Counted from the first letter of the stretch, positions 28,160 through 38,830 are shown. The stretch is 64,000 nucleotides of DNA from an uncultured Chloroflexia bacterium (GCA_963728205.1 CAVSIV010000006.1:864001-928000), one strand, 5' to 3'. Made by a program: numbers and translations. The notes: generated from the sequence alone by a model not told the origin.

Positions 28160-28492
28160 CTAGTCCTCGTCGTCTTGGTCGTCCTCGTCTTCGCCGTCTT
28201 CGTCGTCCTCGAGGTCGTCCTCCGCGAAGACGCCCACGCGCTCGCCGCGCCACACCGTCACCACGAAGTCCTCGCGGTACGGGTCCGCGGTCGTGACGAT
28301 GCGGTCGTCGATCTCGGCGATCAGGTCCTCGACGCCCTCGTCGTCGACGCTCGCGTCGACCGCGAGCGTCGCGAACGCGACGGACGACGTGAAGTGCACG
28401 TCCACCCGGCCGATCGGCGCGCCGCCGTCCTCGATCACCCACTGCTCGGAATACGGCGTCCGCGCTTCGCGCTCGAACCGGTAGTCCGCCAT
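28160..28492 (-). CDS. Conserved acidic hypothetical protein
   Basis: MADYRFEREARTPYSE...GRVDVHF...; Asp/Glu-rich tail; SD upstream. Confidence 0.75.
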   Translation of the reverse strand: MADYRFEREARTPYSEQWVIEDGGAPIGRVDVHFTSSVAFATLAVDASVDDEGVEDLIAEIDDRIVTTADPYREDFVVTVWRGERVGVFAEDDLEDDEDGEDEDDQDDED

Positions 28493-28541
28493 CGCTGCCC
28501 CCTGCCGTCGATTGCGTTCGCTGCTTGCGGTCGATGCCGCG

Positions 28542-29810
28542 TCAGTCGCGGGTCTGGCCGTTGCCCAGCACCACCCACTTGTAGGACGTGAGCTCGCGCA
28601 GCCCCATCGGGCCGCGCGCGTGCATCTTCTGCGTCGAGATGCCGACCTCGACGCCGAGCCCGAACTGGCCCCCGTCATGGAAGTACGTCGAAGCGTTCAC
28701 GAACACGCCCGCCGCGTCGACCTCGCGGATAAACCGCTGCGACGCCGCGTAGGAGTCCGTCACGATCGCCTCGGAGTGGCCGCTGCCGTGCGCGTCGATG
28801 TGCGCGAGGGCATCGTCGAAGGAGTCGACGACGCGGACGGAGCAGTCGAGCGAGAGCCACTCGCGGTCGTAGTCGTCGGGCTGCACCGGGGCGGTCGCCG
28901 CGCCGCCGGCCAGCGGCGCGGCGCGCTCGTCGACGTGGAGCGTCACACCGTGGTCGCCGAGCGCGCCCGCGAGCATCGGCACGAACGCGCTCGCGACGCC
29001 CGCGTGCACGAGGATCGTGTCGATGGCGTTGCACACCGACGGGCGCTTCGTCTTCGCGTTGACCGCGATGTCGCGCGCCATCGCGAGGTCCGCGCGGTCG
29101 TCGATGTAGAGGTGGCAGACGCCGATGCCGCCCGCGACCACCGGCATCGTCGCCTCGTCGCGCACGCGCCGGATCAGGCCGGCGCCGCCGCGCGGGATCA
29201 TCAGGTCGATCGACTCCGCCGCGCGGAGCATCGCGCCGACCTCGTCGCGGTCGGTGGAGTCGATGAACTGCACGATGCCGGCGGGCAACCCCGCCGCCGC
29301 CGCCGCGTCCACGACGATCTGCGCGAGCACCGCCGAGCTGTCGTGCGCGTCGGTGCCGGAGCGCAGCACCACGCCGTTGCCGGACTTCAGGCAGATCGCC
29401 GCGATGTCGACGGTGACGTTCGGACGCGACTCGTAGATGGCGCCGATCACGCCGAGCGGGACGCGCATGCGACCGATCTGCAGGCCATTCGGCCGCATCG
29501 CGAGCTCTTCGATCTGGCCGACCGGGTCCGGCAGCGCCGCCACCGCGCGCACGTCGCGCGCGATGCCGTGGATCCGCTCGGGCGTGAGGTCCATGCGGTC
29601 GAGGAACGAGCCGGCGACGCCGTTCGCGCGGGCGCGCTCGAGCTCGGGGCCGTTGACGTCGAGGATGCGCCGCTCGTCCGCCTCGATCGCGTCGGCGATC
29701 GCGAGCAGCGCGCGGTCCTTCTGGAGCGTGGACACCGCGCCCATCGCGCGGCTCGCCCTGCGGGCGAGCGCTGCCTTCGTGGCGGCTTCGGAGCGCGCGG
29801 TGATCGTCAT
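28542..29810 (-). CDS. proA: Glutamate-5-semialdehyde dehydrogenase (gamma-glutamyl phosphate reductase)
   Basis: RVPLGVIG.IYESRPNVT, CNA.DT.LVH, HGSGHSEAI, VNAST.F.DGGQFG.G.E.GISTQKMHARGPMGL. Confidence 0.96.
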   Translation of the reverse strand: MTITARSEAATKAALARRASRAMGAVSTLQKDRALLAIADAIEADERRILDVNGPELERARANGVAGSFLDRMDLTPERIHGIARDVRAVAALPDPVGQIEELAMRPNGLQIGRMRVPLGVIGAIYESRPNVTVDIAAICLKSGNGVVLRSGTDAHDSSAVLAQIVVDAAAAAGLPAGIVQFIDSTDRDEVGAMLRAAESIDLMIPRGGAGLIRRVRDEATMPVVAGGIGVCHLYIDDRADLAMARDIAVNAKTKRPSVCNAIDTILVHAGVASAFVPMLAGALGDHGVTLHVDERAAPLAGGAATAPVQPDDYDREWLSLDCSVRVVDSFDDALAHIDAHGSGHSEAIVTDSYAASQRFIREVDAAGVFVNASTYFHDGGQFGLGVEVGISTQKMHARGPMGLRELTSYKWVVLGNGQTRD

Positions 29811-29902
29811 GCAGCGAGTGTACGGGGCGGGCGCCGGAGCGTCAGCGACGCGAACCCGGCACCGTCGTCGCAGGCGAGCCGGACGCCCGCGGATTGCCGG
29901 GA

Positions 29903-29933
29903 ACGAAACGGGGGCCCCGCCCGGGGCCCCCGT
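29903..29933 (-). terminator. Intrinsic terminator after clpC
   Basis: Hairpin ACGGGGGCCCC-gggc-GGGGCCCCCGT followed by TTCGTTC on minus strand. Confidence 0.65.
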
Positions 29934-29961
29934 CGTCCGCATCGCTCGGCCGCGCGCGCGA

Positions 29962-32439
29962 CTAGACCGTCGCCTCCTCCGCCACCTCGGCGTCCTCCGG
30001 CTCCGCGACGTGCGCGGCGCCCGCGTGCCGCGTGAACGTGAACTCGCCGTGCTCGTCGACGTCCACCGCGATCGAGTCGCCGGGCTCGAACTCGCCGAGC
30101 AGCACGCGCTTCGCCAGCGGGTTCTCGACCCGCCGCTCCACCGTGCGGCGCAGCGGCCGCGCCCCGAAGTTCGGGTCGAAGCCCTCCTTCACGAGCGCCG
30201 CCAGCGCGGCGTCGCTCACCGTGAACTCCACGTGCCGCTCGCCCAGCCGCTCGCGGACCTCCGCGATCTCCAGCCGCGCGATCTGCGCGATCTCCGGCTC
30301 CGTCAGCGGCTCGAAGACGATGATGTCGTCGACGCGGTTGAGGAACTCCGGCCGGAACCCGCGCCGCAGCGCGTTCTCCACGGACTTCCGCAGCGAGTCG
30401 GCCTCCGCCTCGCTCTTCGCGCGCACGAAGCCGATCGGCTGCGTCTTCTCCCCGGTGCCGAGGTTCGACGTCATGATGATCACGGTGTTGCGGAAGTCCA
30501 CCGTGCGGCCGTGCGTGTCGGTCAGCCGGCCGTCGTCCATCACCTGCAGCAGCGTGTTGAAGACGTCCGGGTGCGCCTTCTCGATCTCGTCGAACAGGAT
30601 CACCCGGTACGGCCGGCGGCGGACCTGCTCGGTGAGCTCGCCCGCCTGGTCGTAGCCGATGTAGCCCGGCGGCGCGCCGACCAGCCGCGACACCGTGTGC
30701 CGCTCCTGGTACTCCGACATGTCGAGCCGGATCAGCGCGTCCGCGTCGTCGAACAGGTACTCCGCGAGCGCCTTCGCCAGGTACGTCTTCCCGACGCCGG
30801 TGGGCCCGACGAAGATGAACGACCCGATCGGCCGCCGCGGGTCCTTGAGCCCGCTGCGCGCGCGCCGGATGGCGTCCGACAGCACCTCGATGGCGCGGTC
30901 CTGGCCGATCACGCGCTTGTGCAGCTCCTCCTCCATGTGCAGGAGCTTCTCCGCCTCGCCCTCGAGCATGCGGTCGACCGGGATGCCGGTCATCTGCGCG
31001 ATCAGCGACGCGATGTCCGCGACGTCGACCTCGTCGGAGAGGCCGTGCTCGGTCGCGTAGGCGGTGCGGCGCTGCTCGTACTCCTGCTGGATCTGGACGA
31101 CCTCCTGCTTCACGCGGGCGGCCTCCTCGTAGTCCTCGCGCGCTGCCGCGGCCTCGATGCGCGCGTTCGCGCTGTCGAGCCGCTGCTTGAGGTCGCGCAG
31201 GTCCGGCGAGAGCGACTCGGCCTCGATCACGTGCCGCGAGGCGGCCTCGTCGATCAGGTCGATCGCCTTGTCCGGGAGGTTGCGCTCGGTGATGTAGCGC
31301 GCGCTGAGGTTGACCGCCGCCTCGATCGCCGCGTCGGTGATCTTGACGCCGTGGTGCTCCTCGTAGCGCGGCCGGATGCCGCGCAGGATCTGGATGGCCT
31401 CGTCCTCCGACGGCTCGTCGACGTAGACCGGCGAGAAGCGCCGCTCCAGCGCCGGGTCCTCCTCGATGTTCTGGCGGTACTCGTCGAGCGTGGTCGCGCC
31501 GATCACGTGCAGCTCGCCGCGCGCCAGCGCCGGCTTCATCATGTTCGACGCATCGATGGCGCCCTCGGCGCCGCCGGCGCCGACGACCTGGTGCAGCTCG
31601 TCGATGAAGAGGATCACCTCGCCGGCGGAGTCCTTGACCTCCTTCATCACGGCCTGCAGCCGCTCCTCGAACTCGCCGCGGAACTTCGAGCCGGCGAGCA
31701 GCGCGCCCATGTCGAGCGCGAGCACGCGCTTGTCGCGCAGCCGCTCCGGCACGTCGCCGGCGACGATGCGCTCTGCGAGCCCCTCGACGACGGCCGTCTT
31801 GCCGACGCCGGCCTCGCCGATCAGCACGGGGTTGTTCTTCGTGCGCCGGTTGAGCACCTGCATCACGCGCGCGACCTCGACCTCGCGCCCGATCACCGGG
31901 TCGAGCTGGCCCTCGCGCGCGAGCTCGGTGAGGTCGCGGCTGTACTTCTCCAGCGAGCGGTAGCGCGACTCCGCCGTCGGCGAGTCGACGCGCGCCGAGC
32001 CGCGGATGTCGCGCAGCGCGCGGTAGATGCGCTCCTTCGTGATCTGGAACTCGGCCAGGATGCGAGCGGCGTCGCCCTCGCGCTCGTCCGAGATCGCGAT
32101 CAGGAGGTGCTCGACGCCGACGTACTCGTCCTGCAGGCGGTCGGCCTCGGCGTTCGCGGCCTCGAGCATGCGCACGATGCGCGGCGTCGTGTAGATCTGG
32201 ACGACGTCGTATTCGAGGCGCGGCGCCTTATCGAGCGTCGCCTTGATCGCGCGCGCCACGGCGTCGACGTCGATGCCCATCTTCGTGAGCACCTCGCGAG
32301 CGAGCCCGTCCTTGAAGCGGACGAGCGCGAAGAGCACGTGCTCGACGTCCCACTGCGCGTGCCGCGACTCGCGGACGAGCTGCTGGGAGGCCTGCAGCAC
32401 CTGCTGCGCCTGCTCGGTGAATCGGTCCTGTCTCATCAT
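29962..32439 (-). CDS. clpC: ATP-dependent Clp protease ATP-binding subunit (ClpC-type)
   Basis: Clp-N repeats; GEAGVGKT and GPTGVGKT Walker A motifs; short UVR-like middle domain (EDYEEAA); IGF ClpP-docking loop (QPIGF). Confidence 0.88.
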   Translation of the reverse strand: MMRQDRFTEQAQQVLQASQQLVRESRHAQWDVEHVLFALVRFKDGLAREVLTKMGIDVDAVARAIKATLDKAPRLEYDVVQIYTTPRIVRMLEAANAEADRLQDEYVGVEHLLIAISDEREGDAARILAEFQITKERIYRALRDIRGSARVDSPTAESRYRSLEKYSRDLTELAREGQLDPVIGREVEVARVMQVLNRRTKNNPVLIGEAGVGKTAVVEGLAERIVAGDVPERLRDKRVLALDMGALLAGSKFRGEFEERLQAVMKEVKDSAGEVILFIDELHQVVGAGGAEGAIDASNMMKPALARGELHVIGATTLDEYRQNIEEDPALERRFSPVYVDEPSEDEAIQILRGIRPRYEEHHGVKITDAAIEAAVNLSARYITERNLPDKAIDLIDEAASRHVIEAESLSPDLRDLKQRLDSANARIEAAAAREDYEEAARVKQEVVQIQQEYEQRRTAYATEHGLSDEVDVADIASLIAQMTGIPVDRMLEGEAEKLLHMEEELHKRVIGQDRAIEVLSDAIRRARSGLKDPRRPIGSFIFVGPTGVGKTYLAKALAEYLFDDADALIRLDMSEYQERHTVSRLVGAPPGYIGYDQAGELTEQVRRRPYRVILFDEIEKAHPDVFNTLLQVMDDGRLTDTHGRTVDFRNTVIIMTSNLGTGEKTQPIGFVRAKSEAEADSLRKSVENALRRGFRPEFLNRVDDIIVFEPLTEPEIAQIARLEIAEVRERLGERHVEFTVSDAALAALVKEGFDPNFGARPLRRTVERRVENPLAKRVLLGEFEPGDSIAVDVDEHGEFTFTRHAGAAHVAEPEDAEVAEEATV

Positions 32440-32483
32440 CTGGCGTGTCCTGCCTTCATCTGTTGTTCGGGGCGAACGGCGTG

Positions 32484-32849
32484 TCAGCTCGCCGGCTCGT
32501 CGTGCCGGCCGCCGCGGAGGCGAGCGATCTCCTGCGTGGCCCGCTCGAGCTGCATGCGCAGCTCCTCGATTTGCCGGCCCATCCGCAGGATGACGTCGAC
32601 GCCGGCGAGATTGACGCCCAGGTCGTTGACCAGGCGCACCACCTGCCGCAGCCGCTCGACGTCTTCGTGCGAGAAGAGCCGCGTGTTGCCGCCGGAGCGG
32701 GCGGGCCGGATCAGGCCGACGCGCTCGTACTGGCGGATCGTCTGCTGGTGGAGCCCGACCATCCTCGACACGATCGAGATCTGGAACACGGGCTCGTCGC
32801 GCGGGATGCCGTGCGCGTCGCGCCGGCGGGGGGTGCGCGGCTCGTTCAT
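32484..32849 (-). CDS. hspR: Heat-shock repressor HspR (MerR family)
   Basis: P.F.ISIV..MVG.H.QT.R.YER.GL..P.RS.GN.RLFS...LGVNLAGV; located between dnaJ and clpC. Confidence 0.9.
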   Translation of the reverse strand: MNEPRTPRRRDAHGIPRDEPVFQISIVSRMVGLHQQTIRQYERVGLIRPARSGGNTRLFSHEDVERLRQVVRLVNDLGVNLAGVDVILRMGRQIEELRMQLERATQEIARLRGGRHDEPAS

Positions 32850-33955
32850 GCCGCACCCGCCTTCGAGCCGTCCTTCGACGCGCCGCCGGCGGCCGTGCGG
32901 CGCAGCTCCTCGAGGAGCCGCCGCTGCTCGTCGCTCAGGCGCTCCGGCAGCACGAGGCGGACCTTCGCGTAGAGGTCGCCGAACCCGCCGCCGCGCTTCG
33001 GCATGCCCTGCCCGGCGAGGCGGAACACCTTGCCGGCCGGCGTGCCCGTCGGCAGGCGCAGCGCGAGCGCCTTGCCTTTCGGCGTCGGCACGTGCGCCTC
33101 GCCGCCGAGCGCCGCGTCCCACGCGGGGACGTCGACGTCGACGTGCAGGTCGTGGCCCTCGCGCCGGAAGCGCGGGTGCGGCGCGACGTGCACGCGCAGA
33201 AAGAGGTCGCCAGGGGCCGCGCCGTTTCCGCCCGGCTGGCCCTTGCCGGCGATGCGCACGCGCGTGCCGTCGTCGACGCCCGCCGGCACGTTCACCTCGA
33301 TGCGGCGCACCGGCGAGCCGATGCCGCTGCCGCGGCACGCGTGGCACGTCGCGCCCGCGAGCTGGCCCTGGCCGCCGCACACCACGCACGGCTGCTGGCC
33401 CTCGCGGATCTCGACGGTGCGCGTCGTGCCGCGGTAGGCGTCCTCGAGGCTGATGGTGACGTCGTGCTCGACGTCGGCGCCGCGACGCCGACCGGCGCCC
33501 GCGCCCGCGCCCGCGCCGCCGCGGCCGGCCGCGCGGCCAAAGAGCGTCTCGAAGATGCCGCCGCCGGCGCCCGGGCCGCCCGCGCCGCCGGCCGCGCGGC
33601 CGCCGAAGCCGAACAGGTCGCCCAGCCCGCCGAGGTCGCCCTGCTGCGCGCCGTTGCCGTCGAACGAGAAGGAGTAGCCCCCCGGCCCACCGCCGGCGCC
33701 CTGGCGGCGGCGCATCGCCTCGATCTCGTCGGCGTGCTGCCACTGGTCACCGTACTTGTCGTACTTCTTGCGGTTCTCGGGGTCCGCGAGCACCTCGTGC
33801 GCGCGATTGATCTCCTTGAAGCGCTCCTCGGCGCTCGCGTCGCCCGGGTTCACGTCCGGGTGGTACTTGCGGGCGAGCGCGCGGAACGCCTTCCGAATCT
33901 CCTTCTGGGAGGCGGTGCGCGGTACGCCCAGCACGTCGTAGTAGTTGGTGGCCAT
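32846..33955 (-). CDS. dnaJ: DnaJ/CbpA-family co-chaperone with half zinc finger
   Basis: J domain HPD; G/F region; only two CxxCxGxG motifs; DnaJ_C. Confidence 0.85.
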   Translation of the reverse strand: MATNYYDVLGVPRTASQKEIRKAFRALARKYHPDVNPGDASAEERFKEINRAHEVLADPENRKKYDKYGDQWQHADEIEAMRRRQGAGGGPGGYSFSFDGNGAQQGDLGGLGDLFGFGGRAAGGAGGPGAGGGIFETLFGRAAGRGGAGAGAGAGRRRGADVEHDVTISLEDAYRGTTRTVEIREGQQPCVVCGGQGQLAGATCHACRGSGIGSPVRRIEVNVPAGVDDGTRVRIAGKGQPGGNGAAPGDLFLRVHVAPHPRFRREGHDLHVDVDVPAWDAALGGEAHVPTPKGKALALRLPTGTPAGKVFRLAGQGMPKRGGGFGDLYAKVRLVLPERLSDEQRRLLEELRRTAAGGASKDGSKAGAA

Positions 33956-33974
33956 GCGCGTAGTATAGCCACTG

Positions 33975-33999
33975 GATCTGCGTCTGTCACGCGCAGATC
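33975..33999. promoter_or_regulatory. HAIR-like HspR operator between divergent dnaJ and hsp20 promoters
   Basis: GATCTGCGT-N7-GCGCAGATC inverted repeat with the same geometry as CTTGAGT-N7-ACTCAAG; flanked by TATACT (dnaJ) and TTGACC...TAGCAT (hsp20). Confidence 0.65.
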
Positions 34000-34112
34000 T
34001 CTTGACCGCCCACAGAGTTCCGATCTAGCATGCATTCCGGAAGTTCTTCACGCGGCGCCTCGCTTCGGCGGGGGCCGACGACGGACAGCCCAGGCAACAA
34101 GGGGGTATTCAC

Positions 34113-34571
34113 ATGGCAAACATCACCGTCCGCGATCCGTTCGAGATGACCGGCAACCTGCGCAACATGATGGACCGCCTCTTCGACGACACCTTCGGAC
34201 GCGTCGCCGCCCCGTTCCTCGAGGAGGGCACGCTCCCGGTCGATATGTTCGAGAAGGGCGGCAAGCTCGTCGTGCGCGCGTCGCTCCCCGGCTTCAAGGA
34301 AGACGAGATTGACGTCCAGGTCCACGAGGGCGTCCTCTCGATCACCGCGCGCAAGTCGCGCGAGCACGAGGAGCAGGGCGACCGCTGGTACCGTCGCGAG
34401 CGCTCGTACGGCTCGCTGAGCCGGCGCATCGCGCTCCCGGGGGTCGTGCGCGACGCCGAGGTGGACGCGACGCTCGACAACGGCGTGCTCACGCTCGCGA
34501 TGGCGTTGCCCGAGGCCGCGAAGCCGAAGCAGATCCAGGTCAAGAGCACCGGCACGAACGGCACGACGTAA
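34113..34571 (+). CDS. Hsp20/alpha-crystallin small heat shock protein
   Basis: LPVDM.E, VRA.LPG, RRER.YG...R...LP, A.L.NGVL. Confidence 0.95.
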   Translation: MANITVRDPFEMTGNLRNMMDRLFDDTFGRVAAPFLEEGTLPVDMFEKGGKLVVRASLPGFKEDEIDVQVHEGVLSITARKSREHEEQGDRWYRRERSYGSLSRRIALPGVVRDAEVDATLDNGVLTLAMALPEAAKPKQIQVKSTGTNGTT

Positions 34572-34609
34572 CGCGGGAGCGGCATGAGCCGCCGGGTACC
34601 GAGTCGCAG

Positions 34610-34635
34610 GAGAGCCCCGGAGGACCGGGGCTCTC
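34610..34635. terminator. Hairpin between convergent hsp20 and SARP genes
   Basis: GAGAGCCCCGG-agga-CCGGGGCTCTC. Confidence 0.6.
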
Positions 34636-34658
34636 GCCGTTTCAGTCCACTGCCAGGA

Positions 34659-35570
34659 TCAGTTCAGCAGCCCGATCGCTGCGAGCGCGGCACCGGCTGG
34701 GCCCGTGGCAGCGAGTGCGGAGAGGCCGCCGATCAGGCCCACGACCAGGCCCCTCACGGCCGCGGAACGGGTCGTCGCAGCCCTGGCATCGGCCCATGCG
34801 CGCTTCGTGCGCGTGCTGACGTCGCGGTCGACTTCAGCATGCATGGTGCGTTGCGCGACCCCGTACCAGGCACGTGCGCGTGCGAGTTGCCCCATCGCGC
34901 CGTGTGCTCTGATGAGCAGGCAATAGATGTCCTCCCGGCAGGGGTCGAGCTGGACGATGCGATGCGCGCAGTCGATCGCGCGCATGTAGTTGTGCGCCTC
35001 CATCGCCTCGGCCGCGACCCGCTCGAGGGCATAGAGGTACTGGTCGCGCAGGCGCTCGCGCGTCATGAGCGCCCAGTCCTCGTACACATCGTCGGGAAGG
35101 TAGTCGCCCCCGTAGAGCGCGACGGCCCGCCCAAAGGCCAGGCTCGCTTCGCCTGTCTGCCCCGCCGCCTCATGCGCCATCGCATCCCGCACGCACCGCT
35201 CGAACTCGTCCGCATCGAGCGTGACGTCCTCCCCCAGTGCGTAGACGCCGTGCCGCATGATCACCCAGTTCCGCGCCTCCCCGGACTCGCACTCCAGAGC
35301 GCGACGCAGGTAGTGAGCCGTGACCTTGAGCGACAGGAACGCGGCATCAGGAAGCGAATCCGGCCAGAGCATGTCCGCGATCGCCTCCTTGGACAGGCTC
35401 CGTTGCGGGCTCCCGGCAAGCACCTTCAGCAGGCTCAGCGACTTCGGACGAATCCTCTCCGTCACGTCGACGTCGCCGATCCGGACCGAGGTCTGACCCA
35501 GGAGCTTGAGATAGAGGCGAGGGAGCGGAACAGACACGAGGATCCACCCATCGTTGGGGCGATGATTCAT
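34659..35570 (-). CDS. SARP/AfsR-family transcriptional activator (winged helix + BTAD) with hydrophobic C-terminal tail
   Basis: LLG...V, ..I.D.LWPD, LRRAL, Y.L....LDADEF, A..LY.GDYL.D..YEDW...RERL, DP.RE. Confidence 0.88.
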   Translation of the reverse strand: MNHRPNDGWILVSVPLPRLYLKLLGQTSVRIGDVDVTERIRPKSLSLLKVLAGSPQRSLSKEAIADMLWPDSLPDAAFLSLKVTAHYLRRALECESGEARNWVIMRHGVYALGEDVTLDADEFERCVRDAMAHEAAGQTGEASLAFGRAVALYGGDYLPDDVYEDWALMTRERLRDQYLYALERVAAEAMEAHNYMRAIDCAHRIVQLDPCREDIYCLLIRAHGAMGQLARARAWYGVAQRTMHAEVDRDVSTRTKRAWADARAATTRSAAVRGLVVGLIGGLSALAATGPAGAALAAIGLLN

Positions 35571-35884
35571 GTGGATAACGCGGACGCCGCTACCGGCGAG
35601 ATATCGCCCGATCTCGAAGGCCGAGATCCGGGCGTCAGACTCTCAACTGGGGGATTCTAGGCCCCCTGGATTCCCGTCCGAATAAGGGAATCAGCAGAGC
35701 CCGTGAACGATCCATTTGAGACCCCTGCGCTACACGTTCGGGGGGCGCCCGCGTTGCAGCTCGCGCCGGGCGGGCGTGCTCCCGGTCGCGTCGGATGCGC
35801 CGAACCTCGAGCCGGCGGGCGGACCGCACGTGAGCGGAGCGTCGCCGCCGCGGACGGGCATCGAGCAGCGGCCTGCGGTCGCGG

Positions 35885-36943
35885 CTAGAGCACCGGGGTG
35901 CGGTGGCGGACGCTCGAGGTGAGGACCGCCGCAGTGAGGACCAGGTGACGAGTCGCCGTCAGCGTGTACTTGAACGGAACCCGCCACCAGCGACGGGCGC
36001 GCCGGTCTCTCTCAACCATCGAGCGGTAGGCCCAGAGCCAGGGCATCGCCGTCACGATGGGCCATGGTCGACGGCGGACGAGGGCGAAGAGTACGCCGGC
36101 AATCATCGCGTAGAAGCACGCCTGTTCGCGGGAGTAGAAGTAGCGTCCCCAGAGGGCTCGGCGCAGTTCCGGAAACTCGCGGACGAGCTTCGGCATGATC
36201 TGCGCGCGGATGGGCTCCATGAGCCACGCCACGAATGGCATGTTCGTGGCCTCGTGATAGACCACCGCCTCCGGCACGAACTGCGCGCGGTAGCCCGCGC
36301 GCTGTACGCGCCACGCGAGGTCGGTGTCCTCGCCGCCCACGGGTAACCCGAACGGGAACGTGCCGTAGGCCTCATTGAAGCCGCCGAGCGCCTCCACGAC
36401 GTCGCGTCGATAGAAGGCGTTCGCCGTGGCGTATACGAAGTCCTCGCGGGCGTGTGTGATCTGATGATGGAAGAATCCAGGGATACGATGCTCATTGTTA
36501 CGGGCGTGGATCGGTCCGGCGATCAGGCCAACTTCGTCTCGCAGGTGCGCGACTCCCGTCCGAACCCACCGCGCGGGAGGACGACAGTCGCTGTCGGTGA
36601 AGGCGAGGATTTCGCCGCGCGATCGCGCGATGCCGTAGTTCCGCGATGCGGCCGGTCCGCGGTTCTCCTTCCGATAGAACCTCACCGGGCACGGCGCCGA
36701 CGCCGAGATCCGCCTCACGACCTCCTCGGTGTCATCATCGGACGAGTTATCGACCACGATGATCTCGAGCCGATCCGGCGGATAGTCCTGCGCGACGAGA
36801 TCCGCGAGAGTATCGGCGAGAGGTACCGCGCGATTGTAGGTCGGAACGATCACCGACACCGCCGGCAGAGCGCACTCATCCGGGTCCGTGCTGCGCGCGC
36901 TTCCTGGATGCACTCGATGCTCCCACTTCGCCGGCTCGCACAC
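35885..36943 (-). CDS. GT2 glycosyltransferase
   Basis: VSVIVPTYNR, VVDNSSDD, GPAASRN, AFTDSDC, GGEDTDLAWR. Confidence 0.92.
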   Translation of the reverse strand: MCEPAKWEHRVHPGSARSTDPDECALPAVSVIVPTYNRAVPLADTLADLVAQDYPPDRLEIIVVDNSSDDDTEEVVRRISASAPCPVRFYRKENRGPAASRNYGIARSRGEILAFTDSDCRPPARWVRTGVAHLRDEVGLIAGPIHARNNEHRIPGFFHHQITHAREDFVYATANAFYRRDVVEALGGFNEAYGTFPFGLPVGGEDTDLAWRVQRAGYRAQFVPEAVVYHEATNMPFVAWLMEPIRAQIMPKLVREFPELRRALWGRYFYSREQACFYAMIAGVLFALVRRRPWPIVTAMPWLWAYRSMVERDRRARRWWRVPFKYTLTATRHLVLTAAVLTSSVRHRTPVL

Positions 36944-36956
36944 CGCGCACCGTCGG

Positions 36957-36987
36957 ACGCTAGGCGGGCCGGGTTAATCCGCGGTTA
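36957..36987 (-). promoter_or_regulatory. TAAC-N7-TAAC box + -10 (site 1)
   Basis: TAAC CGCGGAT TAAC-N10-TAGCGT upstream of GT2. Confidence 0.7.
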
Positions 36988-37032
36988 GACCTGCCCGTCA
37001 CGCGGCTCGACGCAGGAACGGTCGCGGAACCG

Positions 37033-38830
37033 CTACAGGACGGGCCGTCCTGCACGGACGGATCCCCGCGCCAGGCCGACACACCAGGCAACCTGGGCCG
37101 CGGCGACGCGCGCTGCGCTCCGGGCCGACGGGCGCCAGCGGGATGGCCGCACACCGAACCGACGCCCGAGTTGCGCGAGCCATGGGACGGCGAGCACGAG
37201 CGGCCGCCGATCCCGCCGCAACGCAGCGGCCGCAGCCCCCAGCAGCATCAGGTCAAAGTTCCGTGTCTCGCGAGACGCGAAGACGCCCATCACGAGCCCG
37301 CCTCGCATCTCCGGCACGGTGCGGTACATGGTCGGCAGGCCGCTCGCCGCGCGCACCTGGTTCCAGAACCCGCCCGGCGACGGGAAGCGCCGCCCCACCG
37401 CGACCTGCTCGCTATAGCGCGACCGCCACCCGTGGCGCTGGAGCCGCCAGGCGAGCTCCGCGTCCCAGCCGATCGTCGCCTCGCCGCCACCCAGAGACGG
37501 ATCGAAGCCGCCGACCGCAGCCACGGCATCCCTGCGATGCGCCGTGTTCCAGACCGGGAAGAGGTCCAGGCGGGGGCGTTCGCGCCACTCGTGATCGGGC
37601 CGTGTGCCGGGCGTATCCAGGAACTTCGGGTGGCTCTCGGCGGCGGCGTAGACCGGGCCGCTCACCACCCCCGTGTCGGCGTCGAATCTCGCGTACGCAC
37701 GACTCCACCCAGTCCGCGGGAACCTCGCAGCGGTCATCCGTGTGGACGATGACGTCGGCGTCGGTCGCACGCATCGCCAGGTTCCGCGCGGAGGGTCCCT
37801 CGGCGGGAGAGGCGACAATGTCGCGGACGCGGCCCTGCGTGCGTTGCGCACACTGCTCGAGCGCGCCCGTCACGTCCGGGCGCCGTCCATCGTGGAGCAC
37901 GAGGATCTCCGTGCGATCGATCGGGAAGGTCTGCTGGAGCAGGGCGTCCAGGGACCGCGTCAGCCGCTCCCCCCCGGCGTGGGCGGACACGACAACCGCG
38001 ACCCGGGGATCGGGCGGCGGCGGCCCGCAGTCATCGCCGGGGCGTGGCGCCAGCTCCGCGACCAGCGTGTCCGCGGCGTTCGGCACGCGCGTCTCGGCAA
38101 CGCGCGCGAGGCGGCACCCCAGGTAGCGAGCGAGGGTCATCAGCTCGAAGTCGCGCAGGAGGCGGCGGCCCGCGACGCAGTCGATGCGCTCGGGAACGAA
38201 CCCGCACTCCAGCGCGAGCTCGGTCAGCTCGTCCCGGTGGTACTCGTGCACCGTGGGGAGCGGCGGTCGACCGAACGAGAAGGGCGGCGCGGCGTGGCGC
38301 AGCGAGAAGCGCCGACCGGCAACGGCGTTCAGCCGGTTCCCGAGCCTGCTCTGGTTGACCGTGGCGAGGAACACCCGTCCGCCGGACCGCAGGCCGCGGC
38401 GGAGCGCTCTGAGGAACTCGCGCTCACCGCGGGGCAGTGCCTCCAGCACGAATGGGACAACGATCGCCGCATACCGCTTCTCGATCGGTCCAGGATCCGA
38501 GAGCGTCGCCGCCGTCACGTCTCGCTCGACGCGCCCCAGCATGTCGTCGCTGAAGTGAGATCCGGGAAAGCGCCAGAGGGACAGGTCGAATCCGCGAGCG
38601 ACCAGCACGCTCGCCAGCAGCTCCCCACCGCCGATCAGCAGGACGGGACTACCCGGCGCGATGTGGCGCTCCAGGCGTCGCACGAGATCCGCGGCGAGCG
38701 GCAGCTCGTCGTTCAGGTGGTGGTATTCGCGCTCGGTGAGCGAGAGGCTGTCCAGCACGTCCTCGACGATGCGCAGGTAGCCGGGGCGTCGGGAGCGGTT
38801 CCGCCCCGGCGCCGCCTGCACGTCGGTCAC
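37033..38830 (-). CDS. Methyltransferase-like domain fused to GT2 domain; frameshifted at about 37690
   Basis: N-half VLEAL, LRSGGRVFLATVN, HEY.RDEL..L...GF; C-half GPSARN, HTDDRC, then FDADTGVVSGP, VGGFD and ELAWRL in a shifted frame; GTGA-coupled start. Confidence 0.75.

Noticed and set aside
29962-32439. ClpB call
   Set aside because: Middle domain is short and an IGF loop is present, favouring ClpC-type.
29437-33453. 1338-aa plus-strand ORF and many similar long ORFs
   Set aside because: Antisense or off-frame shadows of real genes (clpC, hspR, dnaJ); expected from stop-codon scarcity at high GC.
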